A DNA stretch of 43,752 nucleotides, filler included, from Jimgerdemannia flammicorona (GCA_003990765.1; 2 parts of 2 records of this genome joined end to end with filler, not necessarily neighbours in it); one strand, 5' to 3'; numbered from the whole stretch's first letter, positions 1 through 10,641 are shown. Notes: a model not told the origin generated them from the sequence alone. Made by a program: numbers and translations.

Positions 1-1740
1 GAAACCCTATTCACCAAACTCCTTGCACTACACCCAGCAAGTCAAGATGAAGAAGGTCTTATTGAAGCCTTCTTTACTCTTCTCAACAAGAGTTTTGTCA
101 GCTCCACAAATCCGAGCGACCTAGGACAACCAGCAGCAGTCTTTCTAGCCTTAGTTCTTCACGAAGCCCAAGCCTCTGTAGCCAAGTGGCTCAACTCTAC
201 TGACTTTCACCACACCAGGACCAAGACCGCCTTATACTACCGATTCCAGAACAGCAAGGCCCGCCATATCCTTAAAGAAGAAGCAAGAGAAACCCTTCAT
301 CAACTACCTGACCCCGAACCTGAAGCAGGCCCTGCTACAACCCTACCTGAATCTGAAACCAATACCGAACCTGAACTTGACTTTGAATTAAGTCCATCTG
401 AAATCAGATATACAACTGATTCTGTCTATTTTGACGCCGAACAAACCCAATTACACGGGGACCAAACCGAAGAAGAGGAGGAGTATCTCACTGAATTCGA
501 TCCCGGATACACCACCGAAGGAGACACACATCCATCAGGACAGAATACACCTACACAGCAACAAACAGCTATCTATCAAGCCCTCACTCCAGATCCATAA
601 CTACTACTCCAGCAACTTACACAGACCCAAAGAACCCCATCACACTCTGCACCAGTACCTCAAGTAGTACCAGTAACACCACTACCAGCAGTCCAGCTGC
701 CTCCAGTAAACAACATGGCGAACCAACAGATTCTAGACCTCACAGCCCAAGTAGCTATAATGGTAGCAACTATTACAGCCTTAGCCGAACAGACCCGACC
801 TACCAAAAATCTGAGCCTACCTACCTTCAATGGTACTGCACAAGAAGTCCAAAGCTTCATTAGTGTAGTTGACACCAACTTTGAAGCCAATCAATGGACC
901 AATGAACGAGTTGCTGACCGCATTCTGACAAACAATCAAGACCACACCCTGGAACAACTCTTTGCTACAACTACAGCCTATGTCCGCCGAGTTGTTACAT
1001 TCTTCCAAGGACCTGCTGAAGAATGGTGGCGAACCCTTCCTGAAACACCCCTCACATGGGATACCCAACCTGCAGTAGTTGCTCAGAATGCAGCAAACAA
1101 TGCCCCAGGATATGGAGCCCATCCTGCAGCCCCTGGACTCAAACAACTCATAATTGTTCAATATCGCAGCGAAACAATGATTGCCGAATCTCGAGTAAAA
1201 CTCTGCAACCTCAAATTTGATGTACATGGCAAAGAAGAATTCGAAACCTTTTGTACAAAACTCAAGTCACTTCTGAACACTGTTGGCCTAGGATATATTG
1301 CCAATGACGAAGCACGAAATGGTACAAGAGCAGACCATTTATTCGATGCCCTACCTGAATGGCTTACTAGAAAAATCCGAGAACAAGGCCACCCAGTTGG
1401 TTGTGATCACCAACAATGGTGCCTGGCAAGAATCAAGACCATGGTTAAGCGAATTCTAACAGCTGGACCAATTCTGCCCCGGAGGCAATTCAATAATAAG
1501 GAAAAGACTTGGACCAAGAAAGAAGAACCCAAGCATGAAGCATCTCGAGCTCCCTCCACATCCACCTCTTGGACACCCAGAAATCATGAACCCAGCCAGC
1601 CAAGTACCTTCAAGAAACTCACTGAAGGCGAAAGGAACGAACTTCGAAGAAGCGGAGCATGCTTCTATTGCTGAAAGACAGGACACATGGCCAGTGCCTG
1701 CCCCAACCGAAAACCCCGAACAGCAACCTGAGCAACTGTC
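1..1740 (+). pseudogene. gag: Gag with long acidic/Pro-rich N-terminal part, capsid-like region and CCHC zinc knuckle
   Basis: LPTFNG and FFQGPAEEWW capsid-like motifs. CFYC*KTGHMASAC (CX2CX4HX4C) at 1660-1701, read through the TGA at 1672. Confidence 0.88.
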
Positions 1741-1779
1741 ACCACTCTGCACCACCTCAAAAACCTGACCACCAGAACA

Positions 1780-2190
1780 CTAGACTTTGTCAAGTTAAGA
1801 CAAACTGCTAAGGCCCCAACCAAAGAAAGTCAAAAAGCAGCAGGATATGACCTGTATGCAGCCGAAGAAGCTACAGTTTCCAACCGAGAAGTCAAACAAG
1901 TCTATACAGGAATCAGTATCCAAATCCCTGAAGGACATGTTGGAAGAATATGCTGTTGCAGCAGCCTAGCGCTGAAAGGACTCTCAGTAGAAGGAGGAGT
2001 CATTGACGAAGATTATACAGGCGAAATTATTGTCCTCATCTGAAACCACAGTTGGACACCCTTCAAGATCCCTATTGGCTTCTGCATCACCCAGATCCTG
2101 TTCGAAAAAATCGAGTCAACCTTGACAGTCAAGGAAGTCCCTGAACTACTACCCACCATCCGAGGATCCAAAGGATTTGGCTCATCAAAC
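1780..2190 (+). pseudogene. dut: dUTPase domain of the retrotransposon polyprotein
   Basis: Manual frame-1 translation shows all five trimeric dUTPase motifs in order: AAGYDLYA, GRICCCSSLALKG, GGVIDEDYTGEI, GFCITQIL (decayed GxRIAQ) and RGSKGFGSS. The ORF track misses it because of stops. Confidence 0.95.
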
Positions 2191-2409
2191 AAGGCCCCAG
2201 CCTAACCTACCATGAGTAAAGAAGAACAATTCTACAAGAAGATTGAAGATGGATATGTACCAAGTGGCTGATGCCCTCATGGTATTGGAATGTACTCTTC
2301 CCGAATGATCGATGATTGCTTCTCTTGTGTCAACGAACTGGCTCAAAGAAGAACCAACAGAAGAAAGGCTCCTACAACCGAAATCACCACCATTGGATCA
2401 GACAAACTG

Positions 2410-2740
2410 CTCACCCTTAAGGCCTTTGTCAACGGAGCACCTGTCAAGATTATGATAGACAGTGGTGCTTCAGGCAACTTCATCAATGAAGAGACAGCCA
2501 ACAGACTCAAGGTCTTCACCTCCCCAGTACAGCAAACTCAAGCAGTTGCTACAGCTGATGGAACCTCGCATGTTATTAGCAAAGAAGTCTGCAATCTACC
2601 CTTCCGAATTGGCGACTACCGAGTACATGTTACCCTCCAAATCGTGCCACTTCCTGACAATGAAATCATCCTTGGGACCCCATGGTTAAAACAAGAGAAC
2701 CCTATGATCGATTGGGTAAACCATTCTCTGACCATCAAGA
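2410..2740 (+). pseudogene. Retropepsin aspartic protease domain
   Basis: [12 protein letters not shown] (DSG at 2458-2466) and IILGTPWL. Confidence 0.93.
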
Positions 2741-2969
2741 AAGGACGCCACAACTTCAAACTACAAGGCGAAAAGGACTCACTCAACTCTAGTGACCCTG
2801 GACCAAAGATCACCCACATCAACAAGCTACAACTTAAGAAATTGGCCAAGAAATGCCCTCTCTTCGCTATCTCCATCTGCCCATCCAAAGGAGAACCCGA
2901 GAACTCTGAAGAGGATTTTTCCAAAGTTGACAGCTGTGTCAGACCACTACTCCAGAAATTCCGAGACAT

Positions 2970-4330
2970 ATTCCCAAAGAAGCTCCCGAAAGGCCTACCA
3001 CCCAAACAAGCAGTAGATCATGCCATCAAGACTATCCCAGATGCCAAACCAGCCTTCAAGTCAATCTACCACATGTCTCCGAGAGAAATTGATGCACTCA
3101 AGAAAGAAATCGACGAACTCCTAGAACAAGGATTCATCAGACCCAGTGTATCACCCTATGGTGCACCAGTCCTCTTTGTTGTCAAGAAAGGAGAAGACCT
3201 ACGAATGTGCATTGACTACCGCGATCTCAATGAACAGACCATCAAGAACTATTGCCCACTACCAAGGATCGATGAAATATTTGATAGACTCACCAACCCA
3301 CAATTCATGAGCTCCTTTGACCTGCGAAATGGTTACTGGCAAATTGCCATGAAAGAAGAAGACATCTACAAGACAGCTTTCCGAACTCGCTATGGACACT
3401 TCGAGTTCTTGGTTATGCCCTTTGGCTTAACTAATGCTCCAGCAACCTTCCAGACACTGATGAATACCATTCTGCATCCATACCTGGACAATTTCGTTGT
3501 TGTCTACATTGACGACATCCTAGTCTTCAGCAAAACCCTGGAGGAACATCTTGAACACCTTGAACTAGTACTACTAAAACTCCGAGAAAACAGACTCTTT
3601 GCAAAACTCAGCAAGTGCGAATTTCTTCTGAAAGAAATTCAATTCCTTGGACACATTGTCACCCCGAATGGAATCAAAGTGGACCCCAGCAAAATCTCTG
3701 CAATCAAAGATTGGCCCAGACCGAAGAAGCTGAAAGACCTCCAGTCATTCCTGGGATTAGCAAACTATTACAGGCGATTTGTTGCTAACTTTGCTAAAAT
3801 TGCTACTGCCCTCACCCAAATGACCAAGCACAGCAAGAAACAAGAACAACCTTGGACCATGAAACAAGAGAAAGACTTCAACAATCTTGTAAATTGGGGA
3901 CCCGAATAAGATACTGCCTTTCAAGCACTGAAAGATGCCCTGATAACTACACCAGTACTTCAAGCAGTAAACCCTGCCCTACCATATGAAGTTACTACTG
4001 ATACCTCTGACCTAGCTCTTGGAGCAGTGCTCATGCAAGAAGGACACCCTGTGGCCTATCACTCCCACAAGTTCAATGATGCCGAAATCAACTATGCAAC
4101 TTACGAAAAGGAAATGCTAGCCATCGTAGACACTCTGATCAAATGGCGACCATATCTAGAAGGAGCACACTTCACTGTATTGACTGACCACAAGTCATTA
4201 GTCAACATCAAGACACAGGCTACTCTTTCTCGAAAGCAAGCTAGATGGATGAAAGTCCTCACCAACTTTGACTACGAAATCCAGTACTGCTCTGGCAAGG
4301 AAAATATTGTTGCCGATGCAATCTCCAGAC
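2970..4330 (+). pseudogene. pol: Reverse transcriptase and RNase H (Ty3/Gypsy)
   Basis: RT motifs [40 protein letters not shown] and YIDD (3505-3516). RNase H motifs VTTDTSDLALGAVL, NYATYEKEMLAI, TDHKSL and NIVADAISR. Confidence 0.97.
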
Positions 4331-4521
4331 CACCAATCGAAGAGGTTATCCAATCTCTGACCTTGGTTACCAACACTATCATGGAACAAATCATCACAGC
4401 ATATGTTGATGATAAAGAAGCTCAAGCACTCTGAGAAATCCTGAACAATGATGATGCTGACAAGCATACCTGGTACAATCAATACCAACTCAAGGACAAT
4501 GCTATCTACTATAAGGATAGA

Positions 4522-5846
4522 TTGTATGTTCCAAACAACCGAGACCTCAGAAGGACTATCCTATTCGAATGTCATGATGCCCCTACAGCTGGACATTTAG
4601 GATTTGATAAATGTTACGAAGTTATCTCCCAAAACTTCTATTGGCCCCGCATGGCAGATCAGCTCAAAACCTATATCACTTCCTGTGATGTCTGCCAACG
4701 AAACAAGTCCTCAACACTAGCAAAATCCGGCTTACTTCACCCTATTCCAGTACCATCTGCAAATTGGGAATAAATCTCCATGGACTTCATTGTACAACTA
4801 CTGCGAACCAAGAATAGAAAGATGCAATTGTTGTCTTTATAGACTACCTCAGCAAACAAGCCCACTTTGTGCCTACTACCACTACTGCAACAGCACCAGA
4901 CATAGCCACACTCTTGTTTGACAACATCTTCCGCTATCATGGTCTTCCCAAGATCATTGTTAGTGACCGAGATCCAAAATTCACCAGCCACTTTTGGAAA
5001 GCCCTCCATGCACACCTTGGAACGAAACTTGCACTATCCATAGCCTTTCACCCTGAAACCGATGGCCAAACTGAAAGAATGAACCGAACGCTGGAACAAA
5101 TGCTAAGGAACTATGTATCCTACAGACAAGATGATTGGCATGAACACCTCACTGCAGTCGAGTTTGCCTATAACAACAGCAAGCAAGCCTCTCTTGGAAT
5201 GACCCCATTCTTTGCTAATACTGGACAAAACCCGAACACCCCTTTGACACTTATCTGAACTACTGAAGAACCCTCCACAGTCGAAGCTATTGAAGAATTC
5301 CTACTCCGAATGTGCAATCTAAGCCAGATCGCAATTGAGAATTTATCACGAGCTCAAGAACAACAGTCACAGTATATTAACCAACACCGCTGAGAAGAAA
5401 CTTTTGATATCAGAGAAAAAGTCCTACTAGACATCAGAGGATACCAAGTTGACAACCTCAAGCACAGACCATCTACAAAGCTGAACAGCAAGTTCATTGG
5501 ACCATTTGAAGTCATCGCACAAGTTTCTCCAACCTCCTACAAATTGGCACTACCAGACACCATTAAGATTCACCCAGTCTTTAATGTCCAACGTCTCAAG
5601 CGATACAATGACAACGATGATGAGCTATTTCCAAACCGGACCACCAAACCACCTGTACCTGTCATTATTAATGACCAAGAAGAGTACGAAGTTGAGCAGA
5701 TCCTCAACAAACGCAGCAACAAGAACCATCCTGAGTACCTTGTCAAATGGAAAGATTACCCAATCCATGATGCAACCTGGGAACCCAAGACCAATCTTCA
5801 GAATGCTACCGACCTAGTTCAGGAATATGATTCCTTGAACAACTAG
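4522..5846 (+). pseudogene. Integrase (HHCC, DDE, GPF/Y) with C-terminal chromodomain
   Basis: CHDAPTAGH...CDVCQ; ISMDFI, IVSDRD, PETDGQTERMN; KFIGPF...HPVFNV; chromodomain YEVEQILNKR...YLVKWKDYP...TWEP at ~5680-5830. Confidence 0.96.
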
Positions 5847-6258
5847 AACCAAATACTCTGCACCTATCCATACATACTATATATTACCCTCCTGAACATT
5901 ATAACTATCATGAACCAAATCAAGAACTCAGCAAAACAAGACAAGAATACCGACCCTCTGGAAAAATAGCAAAACTGAAAGCAAGCCTATTCTCCCTGTA
6001 CCACAGGTGGGAAACAAGGCATAGACATTTAAGAAGATTCCTTAAAGGAAATTCCCCAGCAGTGAATGATGTCAGAATCACTTCTGGCGTACGGCATTGA
6101 ACACATGACCCTTTAACGTGTGAATCCAATGCGTTAGGAAACTGTACTACGAGCATGCCACTTTCTGAGAAAAATGGACCTTACTGAACTTTTGACCTCC
6201 CAAATGGTGTAACAACACTAGAACAAATTAGAAGGGCTTGACGAGGACATCGAAAGCT

Positions 6259-6271
6259 AAGAAGAGGAGAG
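6259..6271 (+). promoter_or_regulatory. Polypurine tract (plus-strand primer)
   Basis: AAGAAGAGGAGAG preceded by CGAGGACATCGA and followed one base later by TGTAAG. The family B element has a similar context on the minus strand at 13820-13850. Confidence 0.8.
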
Positions 6272-6272
6272 T

Positions 6273-8374
6273 TGTAAGCGCACAACCTCCAAGCCACCGA
6301 AATTATATGTCACCCTCTGAACAAAGCCACTGAAATCACACGCGACCTCCGAACAAATCTGGAAATCACCTGCTTGATTATGAAGCTGAGTCAAACCGAA
6401 GTCACAGCGCACAAAGCTGAGTCAATATGAAGTCACGGAACACAAGATCTACACAAACAGAACATTACCAATCAGGACCAAATGCATATATACTGAGCAC
6501 CGAGACGCGTCAAATCAGAGAACCAAAACAAACAACAACCACAACTTCCAAACACACAAACATGACCACTGAGATCTACAACCGCATCCGCGCTGACATT
6601 TGGAATGCCATTGTCAACCGAGCCACACCCCCTCTGCCCCTCATGAATATGTATCCATAGTCTGGCACCTCTCTACTTCATGGAAGCCCAATGGAACACC
6701 CTGAACATGCTTAGCGAGGCCCACCAAATAGGACAAATCTCAAGCTACTACCAGATCGGCCGCCTCCTAGAAGACACGGTCAAACACCACCATGATACAG
6801 ACATTATCCAGATGTCTCAACACCAGAAGCTCATCGCCCGCAAACATCAAGAACTCTTCTATGAGTACAACACCTTTATTCCCCACCTCCGAGTTACTAC
6901 CAGCGAAATGGTTGCTACCCTGTCCTATGGCCAAATCGATGACATAATACAAGAAATCAACCACAAGTATCTCGAATATGTCCAGACCACAGATAGAACC
7001 TTCCCGCACCCCGATGACCATATCCTGCAAATGCCTCAAGTTGGATATACTATGAAGGATGTCTATGATATAATCCACTTCGATGAAGACAAAGCAGAAG
7101 ACAATGATCTCTCCGATGCCGACATGACCTCTAGCCAAGGATCTCTGCCAACTCTGATCACTCCGCCAACCTTACCAATGAACTTGCAATAGTTCATAAC
7201 CGCATACGAGACTTATTGGGACAATGACCACTGGCATGAATACCAACCTGCGTTCACCTCTGACTACTTCAACTACAATGAAGAGACTGGAGAACACAAC
7301 CTGTACCTTCAGACAACCCTCGAGATTGAACCAACCACTCCACCACCCAAGTACGAGCGACTTGAACCACAGCCGCCAGCTTACTACAACCCCGCGACTC
7401 ATAGTGCTGTAATCTATAGAAGGTATGCAGACAGCGAATCCGATGAAAGCGAAGACAGTACACCCATCCTTCACCCACCAACACCTTATCCAGCATATGA
7501 AACAGACGATGCTATCCTGTGGGATGGAGATAAAGTCCCAATGTATTACTACCTCAGCCAACAAGGAGAAGTAATCCACGAACCACTCTTCCTAGACGAC
7601 TACTTCATCAGAGATGATGCAATCGATGGTGATGTCATCGAAGACTACCCAGATAGTGCCTAAACCTATAAATAGTCTAGCAGTCATAGTATAGATAGAT
7701 TAGTCTTGTACGACGTGACTGTGAACTGACTCAGCAGTCAGATGATCTCTTGACATGTCAGATCACACTTGTACTACGTGACTGCATTCCGACTCAGCAA
7801 GGCACTTAGTGCTACATCCACATTTAGCATAGTCCAGATAGCCCCTCACTAGTATAAATACCCCCTCCCCCAGACCTCAGGATCTCAGACTCAAACAGAC
7901 TTGAACAATCCGAACACAACTCCTGAGCACTTCCCCACAATACTCCTTCACACAACTACTCCTAGTATAGCAATATCATGAATAGCAAATAAACCTATTC
8001 CATAACCCACAAACCACTCTTAAGTAAATCCACTCTCTGTTAGGTCCTACTCCTAACCCCGTCACGAAATTTCCTAATTGAGTATTGTCTGCAGCGATAC
8101 GCCAATTCGACTAAGCTGGTCTTAGTTTCTTGAACTTCCTGAAATACGGAAAATCCTGAACATCCAGAACTAGTCCGGAAAAGGACTTTGGTTGAGACGT
8201 CAACCCAATCTTGAAATCAATAAGCATAGAGGACATACTCCATATGAAATTGATCTTGACCATAAGAAAACAGTCTTCCAGAATATCCAGAACTTCCAGA
8301 AAACCCTTCCAGAACTACATAACGGTCACCCTAAAAAGTAACCCTCTTATACTTCCTGTCTTGCGATTTTAACA
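6273..8374 (+). repeat. 3' LTR of family A element (~2.1 kb)
   Basis: TG start after the PPT; TATAAATA boxes at ~7667 and ~7853; AATAAA at ~7988; CA end at 8374 (alternative end GTCACG at 8066). The partner LTR is not in the window, so the boundaries are inferred. Confidence 0.65.
6562..7663 (+). pseudogene. Accessory protein of unknown function encoded downstream of the PPT (~365 codons; one frameshift, one TAG)
   Basis: ATG at 6562 (MTTEIYNRIRADIWNAIVN), frameshift near 6650-6660 into ORF 6680-7192. Past the TAG at 7190 the same frame stays open for another 156 codons to TAA at 7661-7663. Confidence 0.75.
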
Positions 8375-9350
8375 AACTGGTCCTGCTCCACCTGTCTCTT
8401 GAGTAGTGCCACATTAAGTCACCATCTGCCTCCACCACCACTGGCCACCTGGAATCTCCCACACACCTCTACACCCCAGTGATCTGACCAGGGACACCAC
8501 TATACCTCTGTTGAATCCAAAACATTACCCCAGCATTCTGCCACCAGAATCCAGTCAATCCTTGTGCCAACCAAATCCTCACTGACTGGATGCCACCTAA
8601 TAAATGGCCCTGACTTCTCACCTTGACGTTGTCATACTCCATCGACCAATCTCATTTCCTTCTCAACTTGAAGCCATCGTGAGAGCCCTGTAGAAACTGC
8701 CACTCTGACTCCACCATCAGACCTATCTAGTGTCCTGTCACAAACTATGTTGAAGTCCCCTCCCAAAATGTCCAGCCCAATCTCCTCTCGGCCCCCCTGA
8801 CCACCTACTTCTCTTGCACCTACACCAGCCCCAACTGTCACCACAAAACTCTTGGAGAGACCCAGACCAGGCCTCCTTCTCTCCAAGTGCTCAGAGCTTG
8901 ATGAACCCTGGGTTGCCATCTGACGAAAACTCCACTGAAACAGATGAGACTTGTTGTATACTGTAGCTAGACTTCTGCTGCACCTTGTACACCAGAATAG
9001 ATGATGGGAAAACTTGAAAACGTGTTGCTTGTAGTGAAAAGATGTCTGTGTGGCTTAGCTTGCTCTGAATGGTTGCACATAGTAACCAGATAGCAACCAA
9101 CTTGTATAAATTACCCCAGAGACAAGAGTGAATAAACCTCATTCTGAAATTCAGAACACATTCCAACTCCAGTTCACTTTCCAATACAAAGAAGAGTCCA
9201 AAATTGAATCCAAAAGTAAAAGACAAGTCTGCCTATTATACTTTGAGGGATATGCCTGCCAAAAGCCACTTGATCCAGAAAGGATTGCAACACTTAGGAG
9301 AAATGCCCACTCTAAAGCCACTACTAGGAGATTGTGAGCATTGGTTCCCT
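8375..9350 (-). mobile_element. Non-LTR retrotransposon (LINE) APE endonuclease fragment
   Basis: Minus-strand LGGDFNIV...LDR, LVD, GTRIDWIL and WSDHW motifs of APE endonucleases. Interrupted by an LTR-like insert at 8899-9292. Confidence 0.8.
8899..9292 (+). repeat. Solo-LTR-like insert related to the 17639-18115 solo LTR
   Basis: TGATG...CAACA ends. Shares AACTTGTATAAAT..CCCAG...GAGTGAATAAACCTCA with ~17890-17932. No convincing TSD. Confidence 0.55.
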
Positions 9351-9460
9351 TTTTCCACTCCGGTCCACTTTCCGATACAAAGAACAAGTCCGTTTTTGGT
9401 TTGCTTGCCAGATAAGCCTGAAGTTTGCTGCCCAAGTTCAAGGAAGAACTTCGCCGCCGT

Positions 9461-9810
9461 TTCCCAGTTGAAGCCGCCGATTCAGGAAGAATCCGCGCCA
9501 TCTGAGTTATTTCCCAGAAGCCTGCCAATTCAGGAGAATCCGTGTCATCTGCTGTTTTTGAGTTATCTGCATTCCCAGAAGAGCCCGTGCCATCTGAGTA
9601 GTATTCCCAGTTGAAACCGCCAATTCAGAAGAATCTGCACCATCCGAGTTATTTCCCAGAAAGCCGCTGATTTAGGAAGAATCCGCGACATCCGAGTTGT
9701 TTGTTCCCAGTGAGCCTGAGTTATCAAGTTATCTACTGCCAGCACAATTCCCAGTGATATTCAAGAACCCCGCCGATTTAGGAGAAGCCGCGCCAAATCA
9801 AGCTATCTGC
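9461..9810. repeat. Degenerate ~45-50 bp tandem repeat
   Basis: About 5-6 imperfect copies of TTCCCAG(TTG)AAGCCGCCGATTCAGGAAGAATCCGCGCCATCTGAGTTAT. Confidence 0.75.
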
Positions 9811-9912
9811 CAGAAATCGCATACTTTTGGGGATCGTTGTGCTACACAGAGATCACCATGCCACACAGAGATCACCACCCAAGAAAGAGAACTGCTAAAT
9901 CGCCAGACCATC

Positions 9913-10371
9913 AAGACGGGCATAACGGGCAAGACGGGCAAGACGGGCAAAACGGGCAAGATGGGCAATATGGGCAAAATGGCAAGACGGGCAACATGGG
10001 CAAGACGGGCAAAACGGGCAAAACGACATGGGCAAGATCGGCAAAATGGGCAAGATGGGCAACATGGGCAAGACAAGATGGGCGATATGGGCAAGACGGG
10101 CAAAATGGGCAAAACGACAGGCAAGACGGGCAAGACGGGCAAGACGGGTAACACGGGCATGACGGGCAAGACGGGCAAGACAGCAAGTTGGGCGACATGG
10201 GCAAGACGGGCAAAACGGACAAAACGACACAGGCAAGACACGGGTAACATGGGCAAGATGGGCAAGACGGGCAAGATGGCAAGACGGGCGACATGGGCAA
10301 GATGGGCAAAATGGGAAAAATGACATGGGCAACTGGGCAACTGGGCAAGATGGGCAAGATGGGCAAGATGG
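9913..10371. repeat. 9-bp minisatellite (GGGCAAGAC/GGGCAAGAT)n
   Basis: Directly visible tandem array with higher-order variants such as GGCAACATGG and AAAACGACA. Confidence 0.95.
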
Positions 10372-10374
10372 GGA

Positions 10375-10641
10375 GGCACTAATAGGGGTAGGCCAGGTGT
10401 ACTAGATGCCAAGTACTTGAGGTGGTTGGGGCTCACAACCCATACCCACTCTTGGGTGGGGCAGGCTGGGTAGGAGGATCTAGTTACTCGGGCAGTGAGG
10501 TTGCAACTCACATCCTAAAGGTGCTTAGATTATTATTGGTTTGAAAATTGTAGTGTGAGAGTAGGGTGGGGTGAGATACAGAATGTGGCTGCTGGTATGG
10601 CATGAGGATTTTAGATAGTTAATAAAAAAAAAAAAAAAAAA
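10375..10641 (+). mobile_element. LINE 3' end with poly(A) tail
   Basis: GGCTGCTGGTATGGCATGAGGA...TAGATAGTTAATAAA followed by an A-run; resembles the 3' end of the minus-strand LINE at 29321-29420. Confidence 0.6.

Larger units (their letters stand above)
1..5846 (+). pseudogene. gag-pol polyprotein in a single frame, inactivated by nonsense changes and one frameshift (~4815)
   Basis: Frame 1 is continuous from base 1 to ~4815 apart from isolated stops at 598, 1672, 1729, 2041, 2203, 2269, 3907, 4432 and 4771. Frame 3 then continues with stops at 5256 and 5391 to the end at 5846. Each internal stop is one C>T from CGA or CAA. Confidence 0.93.
1..8374 (+). mobile_element. Ty3/Gypsy chromovirus LTR retrotransposon (family A); 5' LTR lies outside the window
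   Basis: Domain order Gag-CCHC-dUTPase-PR-RT-RNaseH-IN-chromodomain. PPT at 6259-6271, then TGTAAG at 6273. Element-like sequence ends ...TTAACA at 8374, where LINE endonuclease sequence starts. Confidence 0.95.

Noticed and set aside
5847..6258. Additional ORF between chromodomain and PPT
   Set aside because: All three frames contain stops and no recognisable motif; it cannot be supported without a family consensus.
660..7579. Antisense and alternate-frame ORFs over the family A element
   Set aside because: They are shadows of the plus-strand coding sequence and carry no independent motifs.
6562..7663. env-like gene
   Set aside because: No signal peptide, transmembrane segment or furin/fusion motif is visible, and it lies downstream of the PPT.
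9461..9810. Possible CRISPR array
   Set aside because: The repeats are degenerate and abutting with no unique spacers, there are no cas genes, and the context is eukaryotic.
9697..10511. Several long overlapping ORFs (collagen-like GKT/GQD, Cys-Pro and LPV repeats)
   Set aside because: They are by-products of a stop-free 9-bp minisatellite; there is no non-repetitive domain.
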